Part shown: positions 28,479-38,240 of the stretch, piece after piece
Layout: every line of letters begins with the position of its first letter
Numbering within the stretch: the stretch's first letter is position 1
Assembly: GCA_947177395.1 (NCBI GenBank)
Contig: CAMWUI010000013.1
Coordinates: 305-64,304, forward strand
Direction: 5' to 3'
Source: an uncultured Paraprevotella sp.
Lineage (GTDB): Bacteria; Bacteroidota; Bacteroidia; Bacteroidales; Bacteroidaceae
Length of the DNA: 64,000 bases
Position numbers and translations under genes: made by a program
Notes under the pieces: model-generated
Seen by the model: only the letters and a program-made list of their open reading frames with translations
Database searches by the model: none
What the model was told of the DNA's origin: nothing

Positions 28479-29891
28479 ATGAAAAAAAGACTTTTATCAC
28501 TTATTGTGTGTTGCCTGCTGGTCGGACTGGCTTTTGCCCAGCAGGCCAAGTATGTGTTTTATTTTATCGGTGATGGCATGGGTGTGAATCAGGTGAACGG
28601 CACAGAGACTTATCTGGCCGCTCTGGAAGGGCGTATCGGGGTAACTCCTTTGCTTTTCACGCAGTTTCCTGTCGTGGGACTGGCCACGACCTATTCCGGC
28701 ACGAACGGTGTGACGGATTCTGCGGCAGCCGGTACGGCGCTGGCTACGGGAGAGAAAACCAAGAACGGCGCCTTGGGTATGCTGGCTGATTTGACAACGC
28801 CGGTCAACAGTGTGGCTGTATGGGCCCAGCAGAGCGGCAAGGCCGTAGGCGTCACTACCAGTGTGTCCGTCGATCATGCCACGCCGGCGGCTTTCTATGC
28901 CCATGTGCCGAAGCGCCAGATGTCGTATGCTATTGGCAAGGATTTGATAAAGACAGGATTTGATTTCTATGCCGGTTCGGACTTCCTCGCACCGGAGGAC
29001 AAGAAAGCAGAAGGAGAGAAGTCGCTTTATGAGCAGTGTGAGGAAGCTGGTTATGTTTTTGCACGCGGTTACAAGGATTATCGCCGAAAGGCGGCTAAGG
29101 CGGATAAACTGATTCTGTTGCAGACAGAAGAAGCCAGCCGCAGGGACCGCACGTGCCTGCCCTATGCCATCGACCGTCAGAAAGGCGACCTGACCCTGCA
29201 GGAGATAACCAGAGCCGGTATCAACTTCCTGACCAAGAAAGCCAAGGACGGCTTCTTCATGATGGTGGAAGGCGGTAAGATAGACTGGGCCTGCCATGCC
29301 AATGATGCCGCTACGGTCTTCAAGGAGGTGATAGATATGGATAATGCCGTGAAAGTGGCATACGAGTTCTACGAGCAGCATCCCGACGAGACGCTGATTG
29401 TAGTGACGGCCGACCATGAGACCGGAGGTATCAGCCTTGGCACGGGACCTTATGAACTGCATACGGATGTGCTGAAATATCAGAACAAGAGTGCGGCCGA
29501 GTATTCAAAGGTGCTGGCGTCCCTGCGCAAGAAGGCCGGTAAGGATTTTAGTTGGGAATTGGTGGAGAAGAGCTTGAAAGAGAATTTCGGATTCTGGGAC
29601 AAGGTTAAGTTGACGGAGCATCAGACCAATCGTTTGAAGAGAGCGTATGACGATATCGTGAAGGGTATTGCGGAAGATTCGAAGACCTTGTATCAGAAAG
29701 ACGATGCCTTGGCTACGGCCGCTAAGCGTACCATCAACGAGGTGGCTCTGATAGGCTGGAACAGCGGAGGTCATTCCAACGGTTACGTGCCGGTGTTTGC
29801 CATCGGAGCTGGAGCGGAACATTTTACCGGCAAGATAGACAATACGGAAATTCCAGTCAGGATAGCTGAGGCTGCGGGATATACCCGCTGA
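28479..29891 (+). CDS. Alkaline phosphatase
   Basis: FIGDGMG, VTDSAAAGTALATG, HATPAAF, EGGKIDWACH, TADHETGG. Confidence 0.93.
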   Translation: MKKRLLSLIVCCLLVGLAFAQQAKYVFYFIGDGMGVNQVNGTETYLAALEGRIGVTPLLFTQFPVVGLATTYSGTNGVTDSAAAGTALATGEKTKNGALGMLADLTTPVNSVAVWAQQSGKAVGVTTSVSVDHATPAAFYAHVPKRQMSYAIGKDLIKTGFDFYAGSDFLAPEDKKAEGEKSLYEQCEEAGYVFARGYKDYRRKAAKADKLILLQTEEASRRDRTCLPYAIDRQKGDLTLQEITRAGINFLTKKAKDGFFMMVEGGKIDWACHANDAATVFKEVIDMDNAVKVAYEFYEQHPDETLIVVTADHETGGISLGTGPYELHTDVLKYQNKSAAEYSKVLASLRKKAGKDFSWELVEKSLKENFGFWDKVKLTEHQTNRLKRAYDDIVKGIAEDSKTLYQKDDALATAAKRTINEVALIGWNSGGHSNGYVPVFAIGAGAEHFTGKIDNTEIPVRIAEAAGYTR

Positions 29892-29897
29892 CGAGGC

Positions 29898-30818
29898 TCA
29901 GAAACACACATAAGGCGCCAGCCTTTCCAGTTCCCTGGAGGTAAACTCTCCTGTGAGGCCCAGTTCTTCCAGACTACCGATAGGTCCGAACTTGCGGCGA
30001 TGCTCAAGGATGGTGCGGCTCTGGCGGAAAGTGAGGTAGGGATGCCTGCGTAGCTGGTCGATATTGAGGTGATTTAGATTTATCTGTCTCACCTCTTTTT
30101 TATTCTGTATGAAGAACCACTGTTCCAGACTGTCTGGCAGTTGCTCGATTTCCCGCAACTGTCCGGTGCTTACAAAGCCTCCCAACCGGTTCCGGTAACG
30201 GACGATGAGACCGGCATATACGGTTCCTATGCCCGGAATGCGCCGTAGTTCAGCAGTGTCTGCCAGATTCAGGTCGATACGCGTTCCGGCTTCGTATTTA
30301 ATTATACGTGTGGAATCAGTCGCGTTCTTCCGTGAGGTGGAGGAATCATTCAGCAGTCTGTAAGGCTGGCCGATGCGTATGTAAGGGCGCAGGCGTCCGT
30401 ATGTTTCGCCGGTCATGCCGTAAAGCCGGGCAAAATCCTCGGGTGTGTGATACCGTCCGCCTTTTGCGCGGTATTTATAGATGTTGCGGATTTGCCACGG
30501 GTGCAGGCCTAAGCGCAGGAACATGGACGAGTCCGCCGTGTTCGGGTCGAACGGAAACGTTTCCGGTCTGCGTTCGGGGACGGCATAGTAGGACGGTGTT
30601 TTTCCCGGAGAGTGATGAACCGTGTCTCGGGTAAAGCTGTCCAGCATCTGCTGGAAGGCCAGTACCTCTTCTGCCGGTAGCCGTGGAGCGGTTTCTTCCG
30701 CTCTATAACGCATGTAAAGTTCCCCGCCGCCCAGTGCGGCCAGCAGTAGACAGACGGCAAGAAAGGTCCGGCGGTCGGATTTGGAATAATAGAACCAGTC
30801 TCGCCAGATACGTTTCAT
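29898..30818 (-). CDS. ComEA-like helix-hairpin-helix DNA-binding membrane protein
   Basis: N-terminal TM; FDPNTAD, IDLNLADTAELRRIPGIG, INLN..LRRHPYL. Confidence 0.85.
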   Translation of the reverse strand: MKRIWRDWFYYSKSDRRTFLAVCLLLAALGGGELYMRYRAEETAPRLPAEEVLAFQQMLDSFTRDTVHHSPGKTPSYYAVPERRPETFPFDPNTADSSMFLRLGLHPWQIRNIYKYRAKGGRYHTPEDFARLYGMTGETYGRLRPYIRIGQPYRLLNDSSTSRKNATDSTRIIKYEAGTRIDLNLADTAELRRIPGIGTVYAGLIVRYRNRLGGFVSTGQLREIEQLPDSLEQWFFIQNKKEVRQINLNHLNIDQLRRHPYLTFRQSRTILEHRRKFGPIGSLEELGLTGEFTSRELERLAPYVCF

Positions 30819-32176
30819 TATTTCAGTAGCTCGTTGACGAAGATGATACCGATGGCGAGGGGAGCCACATATCTCAATATAAAGATGTATATGCCGAAGA
30901 ACGGCAGGCGCAGACGTCCCCGGTTGGTTACTTCAGCCTGCACCAGTCTGCGGTCCAGATACCAGCCGGTGAAAATGCAGATAAGCATGCCTCCCAGCGG
31001 CATGATAAGTTTGGCCGTGACAAAGTCAAAGAGATCGAACACCGTCATACCCATCCAGGTGGTGTCGGACAGGATTCCGAAGGACAGGGAGCAGAAGATG
31101 CCCAGGAATATGCAGATACCGGTGACGATGCGGGCCGCCTGTTTGCGGGATATCCCGTAGCTTTCGTGGATATAGGCAGTGGATACTTCGTGGAGCGAAA
31201 TGGTGGAAGTCAGAGCTGCCAATACCAGCAGGACATAAAACATCAGTGAGAAGATATAGCCCAGCCAGGGTACGTTCCCGAAAGCAATCCTGAACACATT
31301 CGGTAGAGTGACGAACACCAGACCCGGACCGGCATCGGGCGACAGTCCTTGTACGGAATATACAGCCGGAAAGATGATGAATCCGGCCATGATGGCCACC
31401 AGAGTGTCGATGGAAGCGACACTGGCCGCCGTTTTCATCAAGTTGGCTTCGTCTGAGAAATAAGAGGCGTATGTGCACAGGCATCCCATGCCCAGACTTA
31501 GCGAAAAGAATGCCTGCCCCATGGCGCTGAGCACCACTTTGGTCGTCACCTTGCTGAAATCGGGCTTCAGCAGAAACGTCAGTCCCTCTATCGAACCGGG
31601 CATGGAAAACGAACAGATGACCAGCATGCAGATGATGAGCAATAGCATGGGCATCATGATTTTGGAGAATTTCTCAATACCTTCTTTCACACCCCTTACG
31701 ATGACGATATGCGTCAGCAACAGGAAGAGCGCCATGCAGGCGGCCGGTTTCCACGGGTTGCTCACGAAGTTGTTGAAAAAGCCAGTGAAGTCCTTCTCCC
31801 CGCTGAATCGGTCGGCGGCGGAAGCGAACGTATATTCCAATGTCCAGCCGGCAACGACGGCATAGTAACTCAGGATGAGAAAGGCAGCCACGACACCCAT
31901 CAGTCCCAGCCATTTCCAATGGGTTCCGGGAGCCAGAATCTGATAGGCGGAGGCCGTGTTGGCGCGCGAGTGACGCCCTATCAGAAACTCGGAGACCATG
32001 ACGGGAATGCCCAGGAAGGTTATGCAGAGCAGGTAGATGAGGATGAATGCGGCACCGCCGTTGCTGCCCACTTCGCAGGGAAAGCGCCAGATGTTGCCCA
32101 GGCCGACGGCTGAACCGGCCGATGCCAGTATGATACCTATTTTACTCCCGAAATTGGCTCTGTCTTTGCTAAGCAT
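30818..32176 (-). CDS. Sodium-dependent transporter (NSS/SNF family)
   Basis: GSAVGLGNIWRFP, GQAFFSLSLG, GPGLVFVTLP. Confidence 0.92.
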   Translation of the reverse strand: MLSKDRANFGSKIGIILASAGSAVGLGNIWRFPCEVGSNGGAAFILIYLLCITFLGIPVMVSEFLIGRHSRANTASAYQILAPGTHWKWLGLMGVVAAFLILSYYAVVAGWTLEYTFASAADRFSGEKDFTGFFNNFVSNPWKPAACMALFLLLTHIVIVRGVKEGIEKFSKIMMPMLLLIICMLVICSFSMPGSIEGLTFLLKPDFSKVTTKVVLSAMGQAFFSLSLGMGCLCTYASYFSDEANLMKTAASVASIDTLVAIMAGFIIFPAVYSVQGLSPDAGPGLVFVTLPNVFRIAFGNVPWLGYIFSLMFYVLLVLAALTSTISLHEVSTAYIHESYGISRKQAARIVTGICIFLGIFCSLSFGILSDTTWMGMTVFDLFDFVTAKLIMPLGGMLICIFTGWYLDRRLVQAEVTNRGRLRLPFFGIYIFILRYVAPLAIGIIFVNELLK

Positions 32177-32270
32177 GGCGATAAAGAAATGTATTATATA
32201 TTATAATTATTTCTGCAAAAGTAGAAAAAATATTGTAGTTTTGCAGTATAAAGACCAATTTGGTTGTAAG

Positions 32271-32687
32271 ATGATAACGAAATACTTGAAAAAATATCCC
32301 TTGAGCCTGTTTACGATAGCGGTTGTCTGGTTTTTGTCACTGTTCACTCCTCCGAAGATAGATATAGGCGAAGTGGCTTTCTTCGACAAATGGGCGCATT
32401 TCGTCATGTACGGCGGATTGTGCGGTGTCATCTGGACCGAATACTGGCGTTCGCACGACCGGGCGAACCGCCGGAAAGCCGTCTGGTGGGGTGTCGTCAT
32501 GCCGGTGGTCATGAGCGGGATTATCGAGTTGGTGCAGGAATACTGTACGGAAAACCGCACCGGCGACTGGCTCGACCTGGCGGCTAATGCCGTGGGTGTG
32601 CTGTTAGGTGCCTGTGTCGGTTGGGGGATGCTACGGCGGTGGATTCATCCCGCAAGGCGCCGGGACGACATTACAGCCAATCCCTGA
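32271..32687 (+). CDS. VanZ family membrane protein
   Basis: DKWAHFVMYG, IELVQE..RTGDWLDLAAN; ATG at 32271. Confidence 0.85.
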   Translation: MITKYLKKYPLSLFTIAVVWFLSLFTPPKIDIGEVAFFDKWAHFVMYGGLCGVIWTEYWRSHDRANRRKAVWWGVVMPVVMSGIIELVQEYCTENRTGDWLDLAANAVGVLLGACVGWGMLRRWIHPARRRDDITANP

Positions 32688-33162
32688 TATCGTCTTTCCA
32701 TCGCGCGTAAGGATTCCGGCGCATGTGTGAATTGTAGAACCGGCGGTCGCCCGTCACTTCACGCCCGATGAAATCGGGCTTTTCATACGCTTCCCCTTCA
32801 TCGGACAATTCTACCTCGGCCAGTAACAGACCTTCGTTTTCCCCGTAGAACTCGTCCACTTCAAACACATGCTTTCCGCTTCTCACCAAGTAGCGCGTCT
32901 TGTCTATGACACCCGGTTCGCAGATGCGGAGCAAGTCGAGAGCGTCATCCAACGGAATCTCTTTCTCGAACTCATATCGTGCCAGTCCCGCGCGGTCGGA
33001 CGGTCCCTTGATGGTCAGGAAGCCCTGTTTGTCACGGATGCGCACACGTACCGTGCGCCCGTTGCCGCTGCATATATATCCTTGACGTATGCGCGAACTC
33101 GCATACGCCAAGTGCTTGAACTCGCCTTTGACGAGAAACTTCCGTTCTATTTCGAGCGGCAT
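32671..33162 (-). CDS. CYTH domain protein
   Basis: EIERKFLV (EXEXK), VRVRIR, FEVDEF..AEVEL. Confidence 0.9.
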   Translation of the reverse strand: MPLEIERKFLVKGEFKHLAYASSRIRQGYICSGNGRTVRVRIRDKQGFLTIKGPSDRAGLARYEFEKEIPLDDALDLLRICEPGVIDKTRYLVRSGKHVFEVDEFYGENEGLLLAEVELSDEGEAYEKPDFIGREVTGDRRFYNSHMRRNPYARWKDDIRDWL

Positions 33163-33164
33163 TA

Positions 33165-33302
33165 TTAAAGACTGGAAATAAATATGATAGTCAGAATGCT
33201 GAGTATGAGCAACGCGCTTGTGAGCAATATGATTACTTTCTTTCCCTGCTGCGCTTCCCGGAGGTTGCGGGCGGCAGCTTTGTTTTTCTTCTTCTGGCTC
33301 AT
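33165..33302 (-). CDS. Small 45-aa basic protein with a single C-terminal TM helix
   Basis: MSQKKKNKAAARNLREAQQGKKVIILLTSALLILSILTIIFISSL fills the gap between prfB and the CYTH gene. Confidence 0.6.
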   Translation of the reverse strand: MSQKKKNKAAARNLREAQQGKKVIILLTSALLILSILTIIFISSL

Positions 33303-33324
33303 GGTATTCTTTTTTATTATTAGG

Positions 33325-34443
33325 TTAAGCATTCTCTTCTCCGGCAAACTCCATCAGATAAGCCTTGATGAAACCGTCTATCTTGCCGTCCATCACACCG
33401 CCCACGTCCGAAGTCTGGTAGTTGGTACGGTGGTCCTTCACGCGGCGGTCGTCGAACACGTAACTGCGAATCTGACTGCCCCATTCGATTTTCTTCTTTC
33501 CCGCCTCGATCTTGGCCTGGGCGGCTTTGCGCTTCTGCAGGGCGCGGTCGTAGAGCTGTGATTTCAGCAGTCGCATGGCGTTCTCGCGGTTCTCCAGCTG
33601 CTTGCGGCTCTCGGTGTTCTCGATAAGGATTTCTTCCTCCTCGCCCGTGTCGGGGTCCTTGTACTGGTAGCGCAACCGCACGCCAGTCTCCACCTTGTTC
33701 ACGTTCTGTCCGCCGGCGCCTCCCGAACGGAACAGGTCCCATGACACGCGCGACGGGTCAACATACACCTCGATGGTATCGTCCACCAGCGGCGTCACGA
33801 ACACGGAGGCGAACGATGTCATGCGCTTGCCCTGGGCGTTGTAGGGCGACACGCGTACCAGACGATGCACGCCGTTCTCCGACTTCAGGTAACCGTAAGC
33901 GAACTCGCCTTCTATCTGTATGGTCACCGTCTTGATGCCGGCTTCGTCACCGTCCTGGATGTTGCTGATGGTACACCGGTAGCCGTTAGCTTCCGCCCAT
34001 CGCATGTACATGCGCATGAGCATCGAGGCCCAGTCCTGGCTCTCTGTACCTCCGGCTCCCGAATTGATTTTCAGTACGGCGTCCATCGGGTCTTCCTCCT
34101 GTTGCAGCATGTTGCGCAGTTCCAGGTCCTCGATGGCAGCCAGTGTCTTGGCGTATGCGCTGTCCACCTCCTCCTCGGTGATCATCTCTTCGCGGTAAAA
34201 GTCCACGGCCAGTTCCAGTTCGTCACACAAGGTTTTCACCTCCGTGTAGCCGTCGATCCACTTCTGCAGCCCCTTCACTTTCTTCATCTGTTCTTCCGCC
34301 GCCTTGGCATCGTCCCAGAATCCGGGAGCCTGGGTGCGCAGTTGTTCCTCCTCCACCTGAATCTTCTTTTCCTCGATGTTCAGGTATCGGTTCAGCGCTT
34401 CCGTGCGCTCTTTCGCCTCTTTTAATTGTTCTATGGTTATCAT
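33325..34443 (-). CDS. prfB: Peptide chain release factor 2, continuous ORF without programmed frameshift
   Basis: GVHRLVRVSPY (SPF-like), SGGAGGQNVNK, WGSQIRSYV. Confidence 0.96.
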   Translation of the reverse strand: MITIEQLKEAKERTEALNRYLNIEEKKIQVEEEQLRTQAPGFWDDAKAAEEQMKKVKGLQKWIDGYTEVKTLCDELELAVDFYREEMITEEEVDSAYAKTLAAIEDLELRNMLQQEEDPMDAVLKINSGAGGTESQDWASMLMRMYMRWAEANGYRCTISNIQDGDEAGIKTVTIQIEGEFAYGYLKSENGVHRLVRVSPYNAQGKRMTSFASVFVTPLVDDTIEVYVDPSRVSWDLFRSGGAGGQNVNKVETGVRLRYQYKDPDTGEEEEILIENTESRKQLENRENAMRLLKSQLYDRALQKRKAAQAKIEAGKKKIEWGSQIRSYVFDDRRVKDHRTNYQTSDVGGVMDGKIDGFIKAYLMEFAGEENA

Positions 34444-34462
34444 GGAAAATATTTTCTACACG

Positions 34463-34626
34463 CAAAGATAGTGCAAATCGAGCGGAAAAGAAACAAGCTT
34501 GCTTGAAAGTTTTTGCAAGCGAGTGCAATGAAAGCTTGTTTTCATTGCCGAGCGCCGCTAAAACTTATCCAATTTCTTTTCCCGAGATGCCCCTATGTTA
34601 TCCAAAGATAGTGCAAATCGAGCGGA
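34463..34626. repeat. Nested hairpin intergenic repeat bounded by a 24-bp direct repeat
   Basis: caaagatagtgcaaatcgagcgga at 34463 and 34603; nested inverted repeats 34484-93/34573-82, 34507-13/34560-66, 34525-33/34540-48. Confidence 0.8.
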
Positions 34627-34882
34627 GAGATTAGACGCGTCATGGGTAATATGTAGATGGTGTGCCAAAATGGGCACAATGCTTATTACCGGATTGAGAC
34701 TTGCTTTTATGTAAAGATGATGGTTGGATAAGGAGAACTTTCTGTATCCTTTCTATAATCCTCTTTTCATTGCTATACAGTGTATTCTGATTTGTCTACA
34801 TGTGTTTATGTATGACTGTACAGTCAGTTTATTTTTGCTTGCTTTTAGCTGGACGGTTTGTCCAGCTCTGTTCATTCCCATA

Positions 34883-35040
34883 TGGACACTTTGTCCAGTG
34901 CCTTCTGTACACACTGTACAGAAGCTGTTGTACAGAGTGTACAGTGCCTATTGTACGGAGTGTCCAATGCCTGTTGTACAGAGTGTCCAGAAACTATTGT
35001 ACGGACTGTACACTGGCGGTTGTACTTGTAGTACACGGCC
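34883..35040. repeat. Tandem array of 7 degenerate palindromic units, 23-bp period, TGTACA-nnn-TGTACA
   Basis: Unit starts at 34883, 34906, 34929, 34952, 34975, 34998, 35021. Confidence 0.9.
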
Positions 35041-35141
35041 TATGGAGTCTTGCTATGGACTTCTTGTCTTTTTATCAATGGCTTTCTTTCATCTCTTCTT
35101 AAAGAGACCTTGGCAATCTCCTCTTTATCCTGAAAGCCGGG

Positions 35142-35192
35142 AAAAAACAGACGCGCCGTGGATACTTTGCGGCGAGTATCCACGGCGTGTCT
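35142..35192 (-). terminator. Intrinsic terminator of the acyl-CoA ligase gene
   Basis: agacgcgccgtggatact..agtatccacggcgtgtct stem with an A-run on the + strand at 35142-35147. Confidence 0.75.
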
Positions 35193-35241
35193 ATCTTCTT
35201 ACAAAGGTGTTACAAATCTGGTTTGGCGTGTCCCGCATGCC

Positions 35242-37050
35242 TTATTCGGCATACATGGCCTCGATTTCGCGGGCGTAATGCTCGTTCAGGACGGGACGTT
35301 TGATTTTCAGTGTGTTTGTCAATTCGCCCTTCTCCATGCTGAACGGTTCGGGGAGCAGGGTGATCTTCTTTATCTGTTCGTAATGGGCAAACTCCTGCTG
35401 CAAGGTCTGTATGCGCTCCATCACCATTTCGTTCACCTTGGGGTGGGCGCACAATTCGCTGATGGAACCGTAAGGGATGGATTTCTCCTTGGCGTATTGT
35501 TTCAGCAGATTGTATTCCGGGATGATGAGGGCGGAAGCAAACTTGCGCTGGTCGGCAATGACCACAATCTGGTCGATGTAGCGGTCCACCACCAGTTTCG
35601 ACTCTATCATCTGCGGTGCGATGTACTTGCCGTTCGATGTTTTGAACAAGTCCTTGATGCGGTCTGTCAGGAACAGTTCACCGTCCTTCACGTAACCGGC
35701 ATCCCCCGTATGGAACCAGCCCTCGCTGTCGATGGCCTGTTGTGTGGCTTCGGTCTTGCGGTAATATCCGCTTGTGATGGAGGTTCCCCGCAGGAGTACC
35801 TCGTTGTTTTCCCCTATTTTCAGTTCCACGCAGTCGAGAACACGTCCCACGGAACCGATGGTCTTCACCTCGTTCATCCAGTCGCAGGAGACGGTGGCCG
35901 TAGATTCCGTCAGTCCGTATCCGGCTGTCATATTGATACCGGCCGAATGCACGAATTCCTCTATCTCGGGCGGAATGGCGGCTCCGGCCGTCGGGAAGAA
36001 GTTGCCCCGTTCGAGTCCCAGTGTCTTCTTGAGCAGGGCGATGACCGTCTTTTCAAAGAATTTGTAGCGCATCTTCAGCGGTAGCGGCGGCACGAGTCCG
36101 CGCATGCGGTAGCGCACGTTGTATTCGCGTCCCACGTGCAGGGCTTCCAGCATCAGTTTGCGCTGCATGGCGTTGCTCGACTCTATCTTCTCCATGACGC
36201 CGGCATAGACTTTCTCCCAGAAGCGGGGCACGGCGCACATGCAAGTGGGATGTACCTCCTGGAGCGACTGCAATATGTCGGCCGGGCGCAGATTGATGGC
36301 CAGCTGGCAGCCCTCGGACAGGGAGAGGTATGACCAGGCTCTTTCGAAGATGTGGGTGAAGGGGAGGAAATTCAGGCATACGTCTTTTTCGCTCAGTGGG
36401 AGCACCTTGTCGTTGGCGATGATGGCGTCGTAATACATGCGGTGGGAAATCATCACGCCTTTGCTGACGCCGGTCGTGCCGGAGGTGTAAAGGATATTGG
36501 CCAGGTCTTCGAAACATGTCTCTTCCATACGCCGTGCGGCTTCGGCTTCCAGCCCGTCTTTTTCGCCCAAAGCCAGAAACTCGTCGAAATAGACGGAAAC
36601 CCGGTCCTGCGGGTTCCGGACGACTTTCTTGTCGAAGATGATGATCTTCAAGAGGGTGTTGCACAAAGGCATGACGCGGAACATCGTGTCGTACTGGTAT
36701 TGCTCGCCTACGAACACATAGCGGATTTCCGCGTCGTTCACCATATATTTTACCTGGGCTTCCGAACTGGTGGCATAGAACGGGATGGTGATGGCCCGCA
36801 CGCCATAAGCTCCGAAGTCGACATACAGGCATTCGGGCATGTTCTGCGAGAACGTGGCGATGTTTTCCTGTGCTTCCACTCCGAGAGCCAGCAGGGAACG
36901 GGACACCTTGCGCACGGTGTCGGAAAAGGAGGTCCATGAGACGGGAACCCAGCAGTTCCGGTCGTAGTCGCGGTAAGAAAGTGCTGTCTTATTGCCGTAT
37001 GTTTGAGCTTGCTCGTGTATGAGCCGGGATAGGTGACATGAATGTAACAT
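35242..37050 (-). CDS. Long-chain fatty acid-CoA ligase (AMP-dependent synthetase)
   Basis: YTSGTTGVSKG, GYGLTE, GWFHTGDAG, DRIKDLFKTSNGKYIAP. Confidence 0.92.
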   Translation of the reverse strand: MLHSCHLSRLIHEQAQTYGNKTALSYRDYDRNCWVPVSWTSFSDTVRKVSRSLLALGVEAQENIATFSQNMPECLYVDFGAYGVRAITIPFYATSSEAQVKYMVNDAEIRYVFVGEQYQYDTMFRVMPLCNTLLKIIIFDKKVVRNPQDRVSVYFDEFLALGEKDGLEAEAARRMEETCFEDLANILYTSGTTGVSKGVMISHRMYYDAIIANDKVLPLSEKDVCLNFLPFTHIFERAWSYLSLSEGCQLAINLRPADILQSLQEVHPTCMCAVPRFWEKVYAGVMEKIESSNAMQRKLMLEALHVGREYNVRYRMRGLVPPLPLKMRYKFFEKTVIALLKKTLGLERGNFFPTAGAAIPPEIEEFVHSAGINMTAGYGLTESTATVSCDWMNEVKTIGSVGRVLDCVELKIGENNEVLLRGTSITSGYYRKTEATQQAIDSEGWFHTGDAGYVKDGELFLTDRIKDLFKTSNGKYIAPQMIESKLVVDRYIDQIVVIADQRKFASALIIPEYNLLKQYAKEKSIPYGSISELCAHPKVNEMVMERIQTLQQEFAHYEQIKKITLLPEPFSMEKGELTNTLKIKRPVLNEHYAREIEAMYAE

Positions 37051-37175
37051 GGTCGTATAGCTTTTGCGGGCAAAGATAATAGTTTTATTTGAAACTATCT
37101 GTAAGAACCCCCGGTTTTATTTCATTTTTAGCGAGAAAGGATATATCTTTGTCTTATATATAATAAGGTAGTAGT

Positions 37176-38240
37176 ATGGATATACAGACAATGACGGACG
37201 AGGCCGTGGAGTTGCTGATACGCCTGGTGGCTGTACCCTCCGTCAGCAGGGAAGAGACGGCGGCGGCGGACGTCCTGCAGGCATTCATCGGGGAATGGGG
37301 ACTGGAGTACAGAAGGCACGGCAACAATATCTGGTGTGTGGCACCGGGATATGACGAGCGGAAGCCCACGTTGCTGCTCAATGCGCACATTGATACGGTG
37401 AAGCCCGTGAGCGCATGGACGCGCGACCCTTTCACGCCCGTATGGGAAGGCGACCGGCTCTATGGGTTGGGTACGAACGACGACGGCGCCTCGCTGGTCT
37501 GCCTGTTGCAGGTGTTCCGTCGGTTGTCCGCCGCGTTCCAGCCTTATAATCTCGTATACCTGGCTTCCTGCGAGGAAGAAGTATCGGGGCGTGGTGGCAT
37601 AGAGGGAGTGTTGTCTCTGCTGCCTGCCGTGGACGTGGCGCTGGTGGGCGAGCCTACCGGCATGCAGCCTGCCGTGGCGGAGAAGGGATTGATGGTGCTG
37701 GACGTGACGGCCCGCGGCAAGGCCGGGCATGCCGCCCGCGACGAGGGAGACAATGCCATATACAAGGCCATGCGGGACATGGAGTGGTTCCGTACGTACC
37801 GTTTCGAAAAAGAGTCTCCTCTGCTGGGGCCCGTGAAGATGACGGTGACTGTCGTGCAGGCCGGGACGCAGCACAACGTGGTGCCGGATGCCTGTACGTT
37901 CACTGTGGACATTCGCAGCAACGAGTGTTACTCCAACGAGGAACTGTTCCGCGCTATCGCTTCGCAGATAGGGAGCGAGGCGAAGGCGCGTTCCTTTCGT
38001 CTGAACTCGTCGCGCATCGCTCCGGAGCATCCGCTGGTGCGTCGTGCGGTGGCCTTGGGACGCACGCCGTTCGGTTCGCCCACGCTGTCCGACCAGGCCC
38101 TGATGCCGTTCCCCTCCCTGAAGATGGGACCCGGCGATTCCTCCCGTTCCCATACGGCGGACGAGTACATCAGGCTTTCCGAGATAAGCGGAGCCATCGA
38201 CCTTTACCTGCGTTTGCTGGACGGGGCGGAATTGCGGTAA
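37176..38240 (+). CDS. argE: M20 metallohydrolase, ArgE-like deacylase
   Basis: LLNAHIDTV, GLGTNDDGAS, CEEE, VGEPT, SHTADE. Confidence 0.78.
   Translation: MDIQTMTDEAVELLIRLVAVPSVSREETAAADVLQAFIGEWGLEYRRHGNNIWCVAPGYDERKPTLLLNAHIDTVKPVSAWTRDPFTPVWEGDRLYGLGTNDDGASLVCLLQVFRRLSAAFQPYNLVYLASCEEEVSGRGGIEGVLSLLPAVDVALVGEPTGMQPAVAEKGLMVLDVTARGKAGHAARDEGDNAIYKAMRDMEWFRTYRFEKESPLLGPVKMTVTVVQAGTQHNVVPDACTFTVDIRSNECYSNEELFRAIASQIGSEAKARSFRLNSSRIAPEHPLVRRAVALGRTPFGSPTLSDQALMPFPSLKMGPGDSSRSHTADEYIRLSEISGAIDLYLRLLDGAELR

Noticed and set aside
34724-35278. Cys-rich ORFs 34724-35278 and 34800-35102
   Set aside because: Cys/Tyr/Val richness is a by-product of the TGTACA repeats; a 23-bp period is not codon-compatible; the longer ORF crosses a terminator
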